Shown: positions 8,611 through 17,834 of the stretch, piece after piece
Layout of the letters: each line of letters starts with the position of its first letter
Numbering within the stretch: position 1 is the first letter of the stretch
IMG/VR virus record: IMGVR_UViG_3300023270_000001
Location: 4,140 to 68,139 of that record
Length of the DNA stretch: 64,000 nucleotides
Strand: one strand, 5' to 3'
From: a virus
Notes under the pieces: model-generated
What the model was told of the DNA's origin: nothing
Databases searched by the model: none
The model's input: only the letters and a program-made list of their open reading frames with translations
Program-made: the position numbers and the translations under genes

Positions 8611-8898
8611 CTACCCTTGCTTGAACTTCGCGTCGATCATCGCGTCAACGATCGAGTTGTTGCTCGAGATGCCGGTGAGCAGTGAGGTCAGGGATGCCTC
8701 GACGTCCGCAGCGGTTGCCGTGGTCTCGAGGCCATGACGGACCGCATCGACGACCGCAACCAGCATCTTTGCGATGTCCGACAACTGGTCGACGGTATGG
8801 TTGCCACCGAGCACCGTCTTGGCGTGCGCCGCGACGGTGCCGACGGCCTCGAGGGCGGCGGCGGAGATATTGAGAACCTTGCTGGCGGTGGATGGCAT
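8611..8898 (-). CDS. Hypothetical amphipathic helical protein (lysis cassette?)
   Basis: Closely follows 8902-9312; Ala/Val-rich helices. Confidence 0.55.
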   Translation of the reverse strand: MPSTASKVLNISAAALEAVGTVAAHAKTVLGGNHTVDQLSDIAKMLVAVVDAVRHGLETTATAADVEASLTSLLTGISSNNSIVDAMIDAKFKQG

Positions 8899-8901
8899 TG
8901 G

Positions 8902-9312
8902 TTATTTCCCTTGGGTGAGACGTTTGACGGCGTCCACGAGCTCAGTGGCAGCGAGGAGCGCAGCCTTGAGCGACGGCTCGTCGGTCTGTGTGGCCGCGAC
9001 GGCGAGTGCGCGGTATGCGACGGTGAACCCATCGACGATGGGCTTCTGCGTGGTGGTGCGGTACTCGGTGACCGCCTTGATGGCGGCCTCGCGGTCCACG
9101 GCGGCATCGACGAGGCGCTGTTGGTGCTCGACGTCCCACACGGTGAAGCCGTCTCGGGCCGCGTTCACGGTGATGAGGCTGGCGCGGAGGGTATCCTGCC
9201 GCTGGCTCTTGTCGCAGCTCGCGCCGAGCGTGCAAGCGAACAGCAGCAGGCAGACCACGGACGTGAAATAGGCGGTGATCGGCGATCTCGGGTAGCGGCG
9301 GTAGTCGTTCAT
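8902..9312 (-). CDS. Putative lipoprotein, spanin-like position
   Basis: Hydrophobic stretch ending LGASC (lipobox-like) followed by helical Ala-rich domain. Confidence 0.55.
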   Translation of the reverse strand: MNDYRRYPRSPITAYFTSVVCLLLFACTLGASCDKSQRQDTLRASLITVNAARDGFTVWDVEHQQRLVDAAVDREAAIKAVTEYRTTTQKPIVDGFTVAYRALAVAATQTDEPSLKAALLAATELVDAVKRLTQGK

Positions 9313-9422
9313 CGGTTTCTCCGTGAGAGTGGTGGTGCAGCCCCAGCCATTGGAACGCTGGGGTATTCTAAATTAACGGCGTCGGCGCGCTCAGCGTGCC
9401 CAGCCAGGTAGAGGGTGGCGGG

Positions 9423-9641
9423 TTACCCTTGCGGCTTCTGGTCAGCGGTCGCTCCGGCGCGCGTCTCGGCCACGCTCGTGACCATCTTGGCCGCTGCGTA
9501 GGTCACGAAGATCCACTTCGTATATTCGACCCACACGTCGGCCGACACCTTGCCGGTCATGGTGAGCACGAAGCTCGCGATGATGAGCACCATGGCCATG
9601 AGGCCACGCTCGCTTTTCCACAGGTCGATGATTGCTCCCAT
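9423..9641 (-). CDS. Small two-TM protein, holin-like
   Basis: Two hydrophobic segments in 72 aa. Confidence 0.5.
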   Translation of the reverse strand: MGAIIDLWKSERGLMAMVLIIASFVLTMTGKVSADVWVEYTKWIFVTYAAAKMVTSVAETRAGATADQKPQG

Positions 9642-9804
9642 GCCGCATGGTCGCGCGGAACCGTGGGTAGGTCAACGCCTTCGATCTGCATTGCCCGTCT
9701 CGGCGAACCCGGGAACACTGCCGAATGTTCCGTCTCGGGGTCAAATCGTACCGAGCTACGCTCGAGGTCAGTTCTAGTCTCAGTCCGAGCGCACTGAGAA
9801 GCGT

Positions 9805-11112
9805 TTACTTCTTGGGCTTCTTGGCCTTGACCGGCTTCGACCTCGCGGCCTTCGGAGGCGACTCACCCATGACGAGCGCCATGTATGCTCCCCATGGCTT
9901 ACCGAAATTCTTGGGGTCGATGGCGCCACGCGCGTACCGCAGTCCGTCCATGATGCCGCGCACGTAGTCGTGGGTCGGCGGGCGCTCATCGGCCACACGG
10001 ATCAGGTCGTCGAGGATCGCACCCGGGGTCGGCCTCATGGGAGGGGGCGTATCGATCGACGTCTGCTCGCCCTTGGCCGGCTTCTTGGGCTTCTGGTCGC
10101 GCTTCGCGATGACCTTCGCCTCCTTGGCCAGAGTTCGCGCTGCGCGCGCGTCGCCAGACGACTTCGCCTCCACGACCGCCTCTAGGGCAGCCTTCTGCTT
10201 TGCCGGCTCCTTGGTGGTGGCCAGGTCCTTGAACTGCTCATCCGTCACTTCCCCTTTCTGCCACCGCAGCAACAGCGCGGGCGTGGCGGTCTTCATCGCG
10301 CCCAAGATCTTGGAGCACCACGACTCGGAGCGATCGATCGCCTTGGCGATCTTCGCCATCGTGTATTCCTTGCCGGTGTCCTCGTCCTTAGAGGAGCGGA
10401 GCCGCTGGGCGACGTCCGCGAGCTCGAAGCTCGAGAGCCCCTCGCGGGTCGAGGCCATCTCGACCACCTCGAGCAGGAGCTCGGCGGCGACCGCCGGGGT
10501 CCAGTCGATGGGTTCCGGCTTGTAGTAGAACACCGGGACGAGCGTGTCGCTCGGTAGGCCCAGGTATTCCATCGCGCGCGTCCGGCGCTGGCCGTCGATC
10601 GCCAGGAGGACGGTGCCGCCGTTTGCCTTGATGGAGACGACGTCCAACGGCTGCTTGAGGCCGGCCGTAACAATGCCCGTCTCATCGGTGGTGCTGCGGG
10701 CCGAGATGCTCTCGGCGAGCGCCTTGATCTTGGCGTCCTCGAGACCCGTGCGTTGGCGCGGGTTCTGCCAGTGCTTGTACTCGATCCGGATCGAGCTCAG
10801 ACGCTCGTACCGAACCTCGCGCTCCTCGGCCGGCGCCGCAGGCTCCTCGGTGGCAGCGGCCACCGGTGCGCTGTCCGACTTCGGCTTCGATGCCCGCTTC
10901 TTGGACTGGCCTTTGTTTTTGCTCTTGGGCACCTCCGGCTCATCGGTGGGCGCCTCGGCCTCCGGGTCTGGAACCAGGACGACCTCCGGATCCGGGGTTT
11001 CCTCGGCGTATGGGTCACCTTCGATTTCGTCGGTCAACTCGGGCTCGGTGTCGTCGAGCTCATCGGTCTCATCGATCTCGGTCGCGGGGTCAATATCGTC
11101 ATCGAAACGCAT
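9805..11112 (-). CDS. parB: ParB/KorB-family protein (CTPase domain plus HTH) with acidic N-terminal tail
   Basis: QNPR, LAESI, GLKQPLDV, IDGQRR ParB boxes; HTH TMAKIAKAIDRSESWCSKIL; no parA seen in window. Confidence 0.75.
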   Translation of the reverse strand: MRFDDDIDPATEIDETDELDDTEPELTDEIEGDPYAEETPDPEVVLVPDPEAEAPTDEPEVPKSKNKGQSKKRASKPKSDSAPVAAATEEPAAPAEEREVRYERLSSIRIEYKHWQNPRQRTGLEDAKIKALAESISARSTTDETGIVTAGLKQPLDVVSIKANGGTVLLAIDGQRRTRAMEYLGLPSDTLVPVFYYKPEPIDWTPAVAAELLLEVVEMASTREGLSSFELADVAQRLRSSKDEDTGKEYTMAKIAKAIDRSESWCSKILGAMKTATPALLLRWQKGEVTDEQFKDLATTKEPAKQKAALEAVVEAKSSGDARAARTLAKEAKVIAKRDQKPKKPAKGEQTSIDTPPPMRPTPGAILDDLIRVADERPPTHDYVRGIMDGLRYARGAIDPKNFGKPWGAYMALVMGESPPKAARSKPVKAKKPKK

Positions 11113-11273
11113 CGCAGTCTCCTTGGGGGGATAGGGAAAGGTGGCGGGCCGTCAGGACTCGCCAGTCCGAGGCTTCGCGTCAGCGGTGAGGTATGCCGCC
11201 TCGCGGGCTACCGCCATTGCCAAGACGTTCGCAGGGTCAGTCACAGAGTCGCGTCGCATCATGCTCGCCCGGC

Positions 11274-11286
11274 TTGCCACTGGCAA
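11274..11286. repeat. Palindrome TTGCCACTGGCAA, copy 3 (about 160 bp upstream of parB)
   Basis: Exact match. Confidence 0.9.
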
Positions 11287-11307
11287 GTCAGAATCAGCCG
11301 GGATCTG

Positions 11308-12429
11308 CTACGTCGTTCCTATGGCTTGGATCGCCGCATGGATGAACTGGGCGGCGACTTGCGGGACGATCGAGTTGCCGTAGCCCCGCAGAAGCCCCAC
11401 GCGGCCGGGTACCCCTGTAGCCAGCGGGAATGCTCCGGGTTCAACTGGCCGGGCGACCGGCTGGCCTCCGGCGGGGTCTCGGCAGAGGATCCAGTCGGCT
11501 GGGTTCCAGAATCCGCGAGTTGCACCTGCATCGCCAGGGACGTCAACGAGACGCCCATGCTCACGCCCCGGTCCGCAGCTCGTTCCGCGCACTTCGTCTT
11601 GCGCGCCATGAATGTCTCCGGCGTTCCGCCGGCCTCGTGTGCGGCCGGGGTTGCCCATGCTGCGAGCGGAGCCACGGTCGACAGTTGGCTGTCCATCCCG
11701 CCCGTCTTGTGGTCCCGTGCCACCGGGGTCGGCCAGAACGTGAGCGTCGCTTCGCTGTTCAGTCCGATGCCGCGCTTTCCGTCCGCCTCGCGAGCGCCGT
11801 TGGCGTTGCTGGTGATCGGCGTCGACCATGCCGCCATCTTCGCCGCTCCGGTCAACTTGAGGCATGGCTGAGTTGGGTCCCCGTTGCGGTTGCTGTACAG
11901 CGATGCCTTTGAGCCGTCGGTCGCCAGGGGCGTAGGCCACGAAGTACAGCCGCTGTCGGATGTGCGGAGCGCCAACGCCCGCAGCGCACAGATCCGCCGC
12001 CCCGACGGCGTAACCGCATCGTTCCAGGTCAGTCGAAACAGCGTCGAGCCACTCGAGGCCATCGCGGCTCGCAACCTGTTCTCCAAAGATGATTGGAGGG
12101 CGGCACTCTCGGATGAGTGAGAACCATGCTGGCCAAAGATGTCGAGGGTCGAGAACTCCGCCCCCCTTGCCCGCGTCCGAGAACGGCTGGCAGGGGCACG
12201 ACCCTGACCAGACGTCGGCGGAGTCGGGTACTCCAGCGAGTCGAAAAGCATGCGACCAACCTCCGATGCCGGCGAAGAAGTGCCGCTGGCCAGGGCCGGC
12301 GACGTCGGCTGGGGTGAGGTCGGCGATGGATCGCCGGTCGACGGTTCCTTGCGCGATGTGGCCATGGGCGATGAGGTTCTCCAGCCAGGTGGCGGCGAAG
12401 TCGTCGTTCTCGTTGTAGAGCGTGGTCAT
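11308..12429 (-). CDS. C5-cytosine DNA methyltransferase (main frame)
   Basis: Motif I FFAGIGG, IV CPCQPFS, VI FGEQV, VIII PHIRQRL, X GYGNSIVPQVA. Confidence 0.9.
   Translation of the reverse strand: MTTLYNENDDFAATWLENLIAHGHIAQGTVDRRSIADLTPADVAGPGQRHFFAGIGGWSHAFRLAGVPDSADVWSGSCPCQPFSDAGKGGGVLDPRHLWPAWFSLIRECRPPIIFGEQVASRDGLEWLDAVSTDLERCGYAVGAADLCAAGVGAPHIRQRLYFVAYAPGDRRLKGIAVQQPQRGPNSAMPQVDRSGEDGGMVDADHQQRQRRSRGGRKARHRTEQRSDAHVLADPGGTGPQDGRDGQPTVDRGSARSMGNPGRTRGRRNAGDIHGAQDEVRGTSCGPGREHGRLVDVPGDAGATRGFWNPADWILCRDPAGGQPVARPVEPGAFPLATGVPGRVGLLRGYGNSIVPQVAAQFIHAAIQAIGTT
11319..12365 (-). CDS. Nested alternative-frame polypeptide, candidate beta subunit of the C5 methyltransferase
   Basis: 348-aa ORF in a second frame with four W[PSA]TP repeats and GQLNPEHSRWLQGYP (motif IX-like). 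Confidence 0.65.
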   Translation of the reverse strand: MATSRKEPSTGDPSPTSPQPTSPALASGTSSPASEVGRMLFDSLEYPTPPTSGQGRAPASRSRTRARGAEFSTLDIFGQHGSHSSESAALQSSLENRLRAAMASSGSTLFRLTWNDAVTPSGRRICALRALALRTSDSGCTSWPTPLATDGSKASLYSNRNGDPTQPCLKLTGAAKMAAWSTPITSNANGAREADGKRGIGLNSEATLTFWPTPVARDHKTGGMDSQLSTVAPLAAWATPAAHEAGGTPETFMARKTKCAERAADRGVSMGVSLTSLAMQVQLADSGTQPTGSSAETPPEASRSPGQLNPEHSRWLQGYPAAWGFCGATATRSSRKSPPSSSMRRSKP

Positions 12430-12614
12430 CGACCCGACATGGCAGGGCGCAACTGCCCGTCCGCCCGACAGCGGCGGGCGCGCTCACGGTCCATCTCAAC
12501 CTGGAGGAGCGCACGCATCATCGGGCCATGGCTTCGCATTTCGTTCAGGTATTGCAGCTGCTCGTCGGTAAGTAGAACAACCACGCGGTGCGGGTAAGTT
12601 TTGGTGCGCGGCAT
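12426..12614 (-). CDS. Small ribbon-helix-helix-like regulator
   Basis: HRVVVLLTDEQLQYL pattern; stop overlaps the MTase start. Confidence 0.45.
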   Translation of the reverse strand: MPRTKTYPHRVVVLLTDEQLQYLNEMRSHGPMMRALLQVEMDRERARRCRADGQLRPAMSGR

Positions 12615-12618
12615 CTGG

Positions 12619-12795
12619 CTACGCCTTGACCAGCGGTCGGTACGAACCGAACAGGTCGTACTGCTCGGCCTCGGACAGGATGACGAGCGTGGAGTGACCG
12701 ATCGCGACTTCCACGGAGCGGAGCCACAAGAGGGTCATGTGGAAGTCCGGGGCCGGGGTCATCGAGCGGCTTTGCGTGGCGGTCTTGGTCGGCAT
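12619..12795 (-). CDS. Hypothetical protein
   Basis: GGAG RBS with TCTGAGATG start context. Confidence 0.5.
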   Translation of the reverse strand: MPTKTATQSRSMTPAPDFHMTLLWLRSVEVAIGHSTLVILSEAEQYDLFGSYRPLVKA

Positions 12796-12812
12796 CTCAG
12801 ATTCTCCTTTGG

Positions 12813-13235
12813 CTATCGCCAGGTCTCGACGCACTCGAGTGGCTCGGTGCGGGGTAGCGGGGTTGTGACGATCGCGGCTAGGCAGTCCGCGAGCTCGTCA
12901 GAGTACATGGTGGCATCGGGGCCGGTGGGCATGCAGCGCGTGGCGTACCACACGACGCACCCACCGCCGGGGAACCCGGCTCGAGTACACCAGAGGTCAG
13001 CCTGCTCAGCGCAGCCGAGCATCCGGTCCACCGTGCCACTGTCATCCCAGCACTGGATGTCGTTCGCGGGCGGCCAGTGGCAGGTGCAGGTTCGCCCGAT
13101 CTGGTAGTCACCACCTTCGCAGTCCACGGTGGTGCAGTGGATGTCGCCGCAGCTTGGAAGGCCCCCCGGGCCGTTGCGCGGCAGCGCGGCGCACGTCACG
13201 AGGAGGGGCAGGGTAAGGAGCAAGAGGATTCTCAT
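12813..13235 (-). CDS. Cys-rich secreted/lipoprotein, paralog of 23082-23339
   Basis: Signal-like N-terminus; LPxCxxxHCTTVxC...CxCHWPP motif. Confidence 0.6.
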   Translation of the reverse strand: MRILLLLTLPLLVTCAALPRNGPGGLPSCGDIHCTTVDCEGGDYQIGRTCTCHWPPANDIQCWDDSGTVDRMLGCAEQADLWCTRAGFPGGGCVVWYATRCMPTGPDATMYSDELADCLAAIVTTPLPRTEPLECVETWR

Positions 13236-13423
13236 GGGGTCACTTTGATGCTGAGGGTTCCAGTGACCAGGATGGTGACTCGGGCTTCCATGATCGCTCG
13301 CCATGTCTCGACGTCGACTGAGAGGTCTCCTGCGAACAATAGGCGGTGGCCGGTCGGAATCGGCGCCCGGTCACGGAGCCATGTATAGCCGTCCGCGGCC
13401 GGCGCATCTGGGGAAATGTTCAT
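13232..13423 (-). CDS. Hypothetical protein
   Basis: ATGA-type overlaps on both sides. Confidence 0.5.
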   Translation of the reverse strand: MNISPDAPAADGYTWLRDRAPIPTGHRLLFAGDLSVDVETWRAIMEARVTILVTGTLSIKVTP

Positions 13424-13911
13424 GATGGGATCACCGTCTTGTCGTCATCCGGGTCATCGAGCTCAGTGAGGTCGAGCCCCGAGAATACGCGGATCATCCG
13501 CGGCGTGGGTGGAAGAGTGGGGGCGAGATCGGACACGTCGACATCGAGTTCAAGCTCTACATCGGCATCGTCACAGGTTGCAGTCGCGTCGTTCGGCGCC
13601 ATCTCTGCGGGGTCGCGTCCGTCAAGGTCGACGCGATGACCTATCTTCGTTTCTAGTCGTTCGATGGCCTTGTCCTGGGTGAGCAAAGCGATCTCAGTGT
13701 ACTTCTCGGGCACCATCGGGTTGTCGGCCCGGACGCCTGCGAGCCTGAGCTCGAGGGTCTGGACGACCACGCACGCTTGCGGGCTGAGGCGCTTCATGGT
13801 GGCGACCGAGATAATCCCGGTCAGCGCCCGCTCGCACACCGCGACCGTCTCCCAGTCCTGCAGGGCGACGGCCTCGGCGAGTAGCGTCTCGATGGTGCGT
13901 GGGTCAAGCAT
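13420..13911 (-). CDS. Hypothetical protein with acidic C-terminus
   Basis: Operon-like overlap, protein-like composition. Confidence 0.55.
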   Translation of the reverse strand: MLDPRTIETLLAEAVALQDWETVAVCERALTGIISVATMKRLSPQACVVVQTLELRLAGVRADNPMVPEKYTEIALLTQDKAIERLETKIGHRVDLDGRDPAEMAPNDATATCDDADVELELDVDVSDLAPTLPPTPRMIRVFSGLDLTELDDPDDDKTVIPS

Positions 13912-13918
13912 GGTGTGA

Positions 13919-14326
13919 CTACTTGCTCTCCTTGGGCCGCGACCACTCCAGGCCGATGGCCTTGGCGCAGTCCGGTCCGACCGGAACCCAGTCGAGCGTG
14001 CCGCCCTGTAGAAGTTCTGCCTTCCTGCCCACGTCGTCCGGGTGCAGGATGAGCGTGCCGTCGATGTAGAACACCTCGCGATACTTCGTGCGGGGGTTGA
14101 TGTCGCGCTGGCAGTTCAGGCAATAGAGTTCGGTGCGCGAATTATGTCGAAAGTCAGCGTCGATATGCTTCGTGCGGAGCGGTTTCGAGCACGTCGTGCA
14201 GTCCTGCGCGGCCTTCGGTCGCCGCTTGCTTGATATCCACATGGTATGTCCGCACGCGAGGTCGACCGACCAGCGCGTCGGGTTCATGGGCGACTGGGTC
14301 GCGTCCTTGATGTCGCGCTTAACCAC
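13919..14326 (-). CDS. Hypothetical Cys-rich (Zn-binding?) protein
   Basis: LACGH, CTTC, CLNC, GPDC motifs. Confidence 0.55.
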   Translation of the reverse strand: MVKRDIKDATQSPMNPTRWSVDLACGHTMWISSKRRPKAAQDCTTCSKPLRTKHIDADFRHNSRTELYCLNCQRDINPRTKYREVFYIDGTLILHPDDVGRKAELLQGGTLDWVPVGPDCAKAIGLEWSRPKESK

Positions 14327-14573
14327 GTCCGCCTCCTAGCCCAACGTTTGCCTGGCGCTTCTGCCATCGCTCCAGGGCGAGGTCACCGACCAGGCCGACC
14401 GCAATCACGACTGCGAGCGTCACGCTGGCCCAGGGGACCGGGATGAGGAAGTACGCGCACGTTATCGAGATGACGTTGGTGACGCGCAACGCCTTCCGCT
14501 GGAGACGCAGGCGGCGCTCGTGCCGCTCGCGCGCCACCTTGACCATGGGGAGGTTCATGTCTGTGTCGCTCAT
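14319..14573 (-). CDS. Small membrane protein
   Basis: Two hydrophobic segments; overlapping neighbours. Confidence 0.5.
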   Translation of the reverse strand: MSDTDMNLPMVKVARERHERRLRLQRKALRVTNVISITCAYFLIPVPWASVTLAVVIAVGLVGDLALERWQKRQANVGLGGGRG

Positions 14574-14812
14574 GGTGCCTTCCTGCGTCGGCTTGGAGCA
14601 CCGACCTTGTGATGCGCGTACCGCCCGCTAGCAGTGACGGACACGCGCGCTCGACACGTGCAGCAGGGCGCCTTGTAGTCGAGGCCGACGTCACCCGGCG
14701 CCGGGGCTCCGTCGTACGGACCAGTGCAGTAGCCACGCATCCGCGTGCGATCGCGCTTGTCTCGGCTCGACTCGAGCGCCTTGAGGAACGCCTTGCTGGC
14801 TGGACGGCTCAT
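14570..14812 (-). CDS. Small basic Cys/His protein
   Basis: CCTC and HH motifs; overlaps neighbours. Confidence 0.5.
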   Translation of the reverse strand: MSRPASKAFLKALESSRDKRDRTRMRGYCTGPYDGAPAPGDVGLDYKAPCCTCRARVSVTASGRYAHHKVGAPSRRRKAP

Positions 14813-15003
14813 AGCTCATGCCTCTCTGCGATGGCGGACCTCGACGCGTGCACGCACTCCGCGCACATGTAGTGCCCGTCTGTTTCGCACTGGCCGGACG
14901 GCTCGCCGGGCAAGAACGCCCGCGACGGACACGGCGCATCCGGGTCGCGCTCCAGCCGGTCGATGCCGATGTTGAACCTGACCAGTTCGCGCGCTGTTCT
15001 CAT
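14809..15003 (-). CDS. Small Cys-rich protein
   Basis: CETDGHYMCAEC; overlaps neighbours. Confidence 0.5.
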   Translation of the reverse strand: MRTARELVRFNIGIDRLERDPDAPCPSRAFLPGEPSGQCETDGHYMCAECVHASRSAIAERHEL

Positions 15004-15773
15004 GGTGCCTTCCTGTGGGCGATGAGCTTGTCCATGAGCGCCGAGAACTCACCGCTGTACTGGATGCTCTTGCGCATCCGGCGCAGCACGTCGATGTCGT
15101 CATCGCTCAGCACCAGGCCGCGCACGGCGTCGTCGTGTCCGGTCGGCTGATCGAAACTGAGGTAGTTATCAGCCGCGTTTTCGCCGATCAGGCGGACCAA
15201 CTCCTCACGAGTTCGCTTGGGTCTTACGGGGGGCGCGGTCTCGCTGGGCGGCTGGGCCGTACACCGAGACGAGAACTCTGGCCCGCGATGGATGATGTCG
15301 CCGGAGACGACGCACTTGCGGGTAGGCCATCCGTCCTTGCAGTGTTCGCACTCCGAACCAGCCAGCCGCTCCGCGGCGCGATCGGCGATGGAGTCCCAAA
15401 TCCGAGCGTCCCTGGCGTCTGGCTTCCACGGCATGCCGATCTCTATCGCCTCGCGCACCACGCTCCGCACCCGCTCGGCGGTCAGCGCAGGCACCGGGGA
15501 GGCGAGAGCGTCGGCGACGCGGGTGGCGATTGCATCAACAAGTGCGTCGGTTGACTGCTGAAACGGAAACTGGCTCTTGCGGTACTCCTCTGCTGCCTCG
15601 CGCACCGCCGCCCGCACGCGCTCCCTGTTCGCCCGGACGGCGGCGCGGTGACGCTTGACCTCGATAGCCGCGCGCTGCAGTCGATGGTCGCTCGCCGTGC
15701 AGGCAATCTCGATCTCGTCGTCGGTCAGGTCGCTCAATTTCATCTCCTTGGGGGCGGGGCGGTGGCGGCTCAC
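15000..15773 (-). CDS. Hypothetical protein with internal duplicated helix motif
   Basis: RVRAAVREA...AIATRVADALA and RVRSVVREA...SIADRAAERLA. Confidence 0.55.
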   Translation of the reverse strand: MSRHRPAPKEMKLSDLTDDEIEIACTASDHRLQRAAIEVKRHRAAVRANRERVRAAVREAAEEYRKSQFPFQQSTDALVDAIATRVADALASPVPALTAERVRSVVREAIEIGMPWKPDARDARIWDSIADRAAERLAGSECEHCKDGWPTRKCVVSGDIIHRGPEFSSRCTAQPPSETAPPVRPKRTREELVRLIGENAADNYLSFDQPTGHDDAVRGLVLSDDDIDVLRRMRKSIQYSGEFSALMDKLIAHRKAP

Positions 15774-16624
15774 GCGAGCGCTAGAAGGTCGGCGATAGAT
15801 CCTGGCCTACGGACCCCCATGATGAGGTACCACCCGCTGGAATCGTGATGCATATGCGTCGGAGTAACATATAGTCCCCACTGCCGGAGCAGTACCGGGA
15901 ACCACTCGGCTTGTTTTGCTGCGAAGTCTGCGCCACGGGGACCGTAGTCCAACCGAAGCCACTGGATGAACGGGTCATTCTCGACGGAGACCATATGGTT
16001 GGCCAGCCGCGTGGCGCGCGCGTGACCGCACGCTTGGTCGATGGCCAAGGCAGCTACTTCCGCCGGGGTCGGCAGGGCAACCTCGTAGTCCAGATTCGTC
16101 AACTCGATATCCGAAGTATCGAGCCCGGAGTAAACGTGTAGAATCGTGGTGCTTACGATGCCACCGTCCTCGTCCTCCACCTCCTTGTCCGCCACGCTGA
16201 CGATCAGTCCAACTCGCCTCTCGGCACGATACTCGTCGCGCTCGAGGTCCTGATCCGAGCGCAGCCACGTGCGCTCGGCCCGGCGGATCAGCCATCCCGC
16301 ATTCGGATGCGGGACTTGCCCAAGTTCGTGCCATGCTGGCACGCCAATCGGGTCCAAGGCGTCAAGCTTTGAATCCCACGCAGTTGCGACCGCCAGGTTG
16401 CCGCTGCGGATCTCGCACCGACCGTCCTCCCTGTGGAGGACTTCATATGGGCCATCGTCGCGTTCAGCGCGCATGGCGCGCACCAATAGCACAGCCTCTT
16501 TGATAGAAAAGAGTTGGACTCTGATCGGTGATGCCAACTTCGATACAGTGGCAAGTTCGCACGTGAACATAGTCATCGCTCCCCGTAGTCGTTCTCGGCC
16601 GGCTGAGTATCGATCCATCCCCAC
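15770..16624 (-). CDS. Hypothetical protein
   Basis: Long ORF with protein-like composition; start uncertain. Confidence 0.55.
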   Translation of the reverse strand: MGMDRYSAGRERLRGAMTMFTCELATVSKLASPIRVQLFSIKEAVLLVRAMRAERDDGPYEVLHREDGRCEIRSGNLAVATAWDSKLDALDPIGVPAWHELGQVPHPNAGWLIRRAERTWLRSDQDLERDEYRAERRVGLIVSVADKEVEDEDGGIVSTTILHVYSGLDTSDIELTNLDYEVALPTPAEVAALAIDQACGHARATRLANHMVSVENDPFIQWLRLDYGPRGADFAAKQAEWFPVLLRQWGLYVTPTHMHHDSSGWYLIMGVRRPGSIADLLALA

Positions 16625-16688
16625 ACACCAGCCACGGTGAGGACGGAAAGGCCGAGGGCGCCCCAGAGCAGGACGTCGAGCATGTGGC

Positions 16689-17225
16689 CTACTGAGCCTG
16701 CGCTCTCGCCCAGTGGATGTGCTCCACCAGCTTGGCCCTGGCGTCGGCCGCGTTCATCTTGGGCGCCGGGCCGGGGAGGTCTAGCGCGCAGTTGACGAGA
16801 TAGACCGTGTCGAAATCGTGAGCGGCCTCGGCCTCCTGCTGCAGCTTGCGTAGGTCGTCATCGGTGACCGAGCCGGCCGAGTCGGCCGCCTTGACCACGA
16901 TGACGGTCGCACTGCTCTCGCGGCATCCGGGATAGGTCAGGTCGGCGTAATGCCGACCCGGCCTGGTCCCGCGGTGCCGGTCCGCAAGTTCGTCGAGGTA
17001 GCGCTCGGCATCCTCGACGGTCGGCCGCACGACCAGGTAGCCGTCGCCGCTCGCCCAGATGACATCGACGATTGCGGCGCCCAGGGGCAACGCCTCGAGC
17101 TCGCGCTGCGCATCCTTGCGCGCGGTCGCCCAGTCGTCGTACGGGGAACCGATGTTGTACGAATAGCGATGCCACTTGCGACCGTCCGTGAGGCGGGGAT
17201 ATTCGGTGTTGGTGTGCTCGGTCAT
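16689..17225 (-). CDS. Hypothetical protein
   Basis: CGGAG RBS; leader shared with the gene starting at 17684. Confidence 0.6.
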   Translation of the reverse strand: MTEHTNTEYPRLTDGRKWHRYSYNIGSPYDDWATARKDAQRELEALPLGAAIVDVIWASGDGYLVVRPTVEDAERYLDELADRHRGTRPGRHYADLTYPGCRESSATVIVVKAADSAGSVTDDDLRKLQQEAEAAHDFDTVYLVNCALDLPGPAPKMNAADARAKLVEHIHWARAQAQ

Positions 17226-17270
17226 ATAAGAATCTCCGTGGGGTCCTGAAAGAGGTGAAGGTATTCGTGG

Positions 17271-17684
17271 TTACTCGAAGATGCGGATCTCCGAGTGGCC
17301 ATCCCACTCAGAGCTCAGCCATACCCGACCGGGGTCCGTGGGTGAGGAGTAGAACCTCCGCCGGCCCCTCCGGTGCTCGATAGACCCGATGGGGCCTCCC
17401 TCCGAGTGGAGGGTCACGGATACGCCATCGCGGTGAATCGCCAACTCGCCGATGTACGCCCGCGGGGTGCCGCCGCTGATCTGCGCCCTGGCATCCGCCA
17501 TCCTGCGCTCGTAGAACTCGCGGCCGGCCTCACTGAACGCCCAGCGTATCGCCTCGGTGATTGCCTCCTCGGCATCGTCGCGCGCGGTGTCCAAAACGGG
17601 CTGTGGGTAAACGAGACCCGGGGCGTCCGAACGGCGCCGGGGCGGGTGGCAACGTAATTCGCTGGAATTGGAATTGGTCGACAT
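17271..17684 (-). CDS. Hypothetical protein
   Basis: CCACGGAGATTCT leader before ATG. Confidence 0.55.
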   Translation of the reverse strand: MSTNSNSSELRCHPPRRRSDAPGLVYPQPVLDTARDDAEEAITEAIRWAFSEAGREFYERRMADARAQISGGTPRAYIGELAIHRDGVSVTLHSEGGPIGSIEHRRGRRRFYSSPTDPGRVWLSSEWDGHSEIRIFE

Positions 17685-17736
17685 AGAATCTCCGTGGCCC
17701 TGGCTCATCAGTGCAGGTAGGGCAGGTCCTGCAGAC

Positions 17737-17821
17737 CCCCGGCGCTGGGGGATTCGCGCCCGGGGTTATCGCCTCTCCACAGCCCCGGCGCTGGGGTGTT
17801 CGCGCCGAAGCTATCGCCTCT
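17737..17821. repeat. Two imperfect ~40-bp direct repeats, each containing CCCCGGCGCTGGGG
   Basis: 17737-17776 and 17783-17821 read directly; intergenic. Confidence 0.75.
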
Positions 17822-17834
17822 GGCTGGAGGAGGG

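Noticed and set aside
11130-11210. Hairpinned segment ending in CCA upstream of parB, considered as a tRNA
   Set aside because: No TTC T-loop, no D-arm, only 5 acceptor pairs; at most a 5' UTR structure
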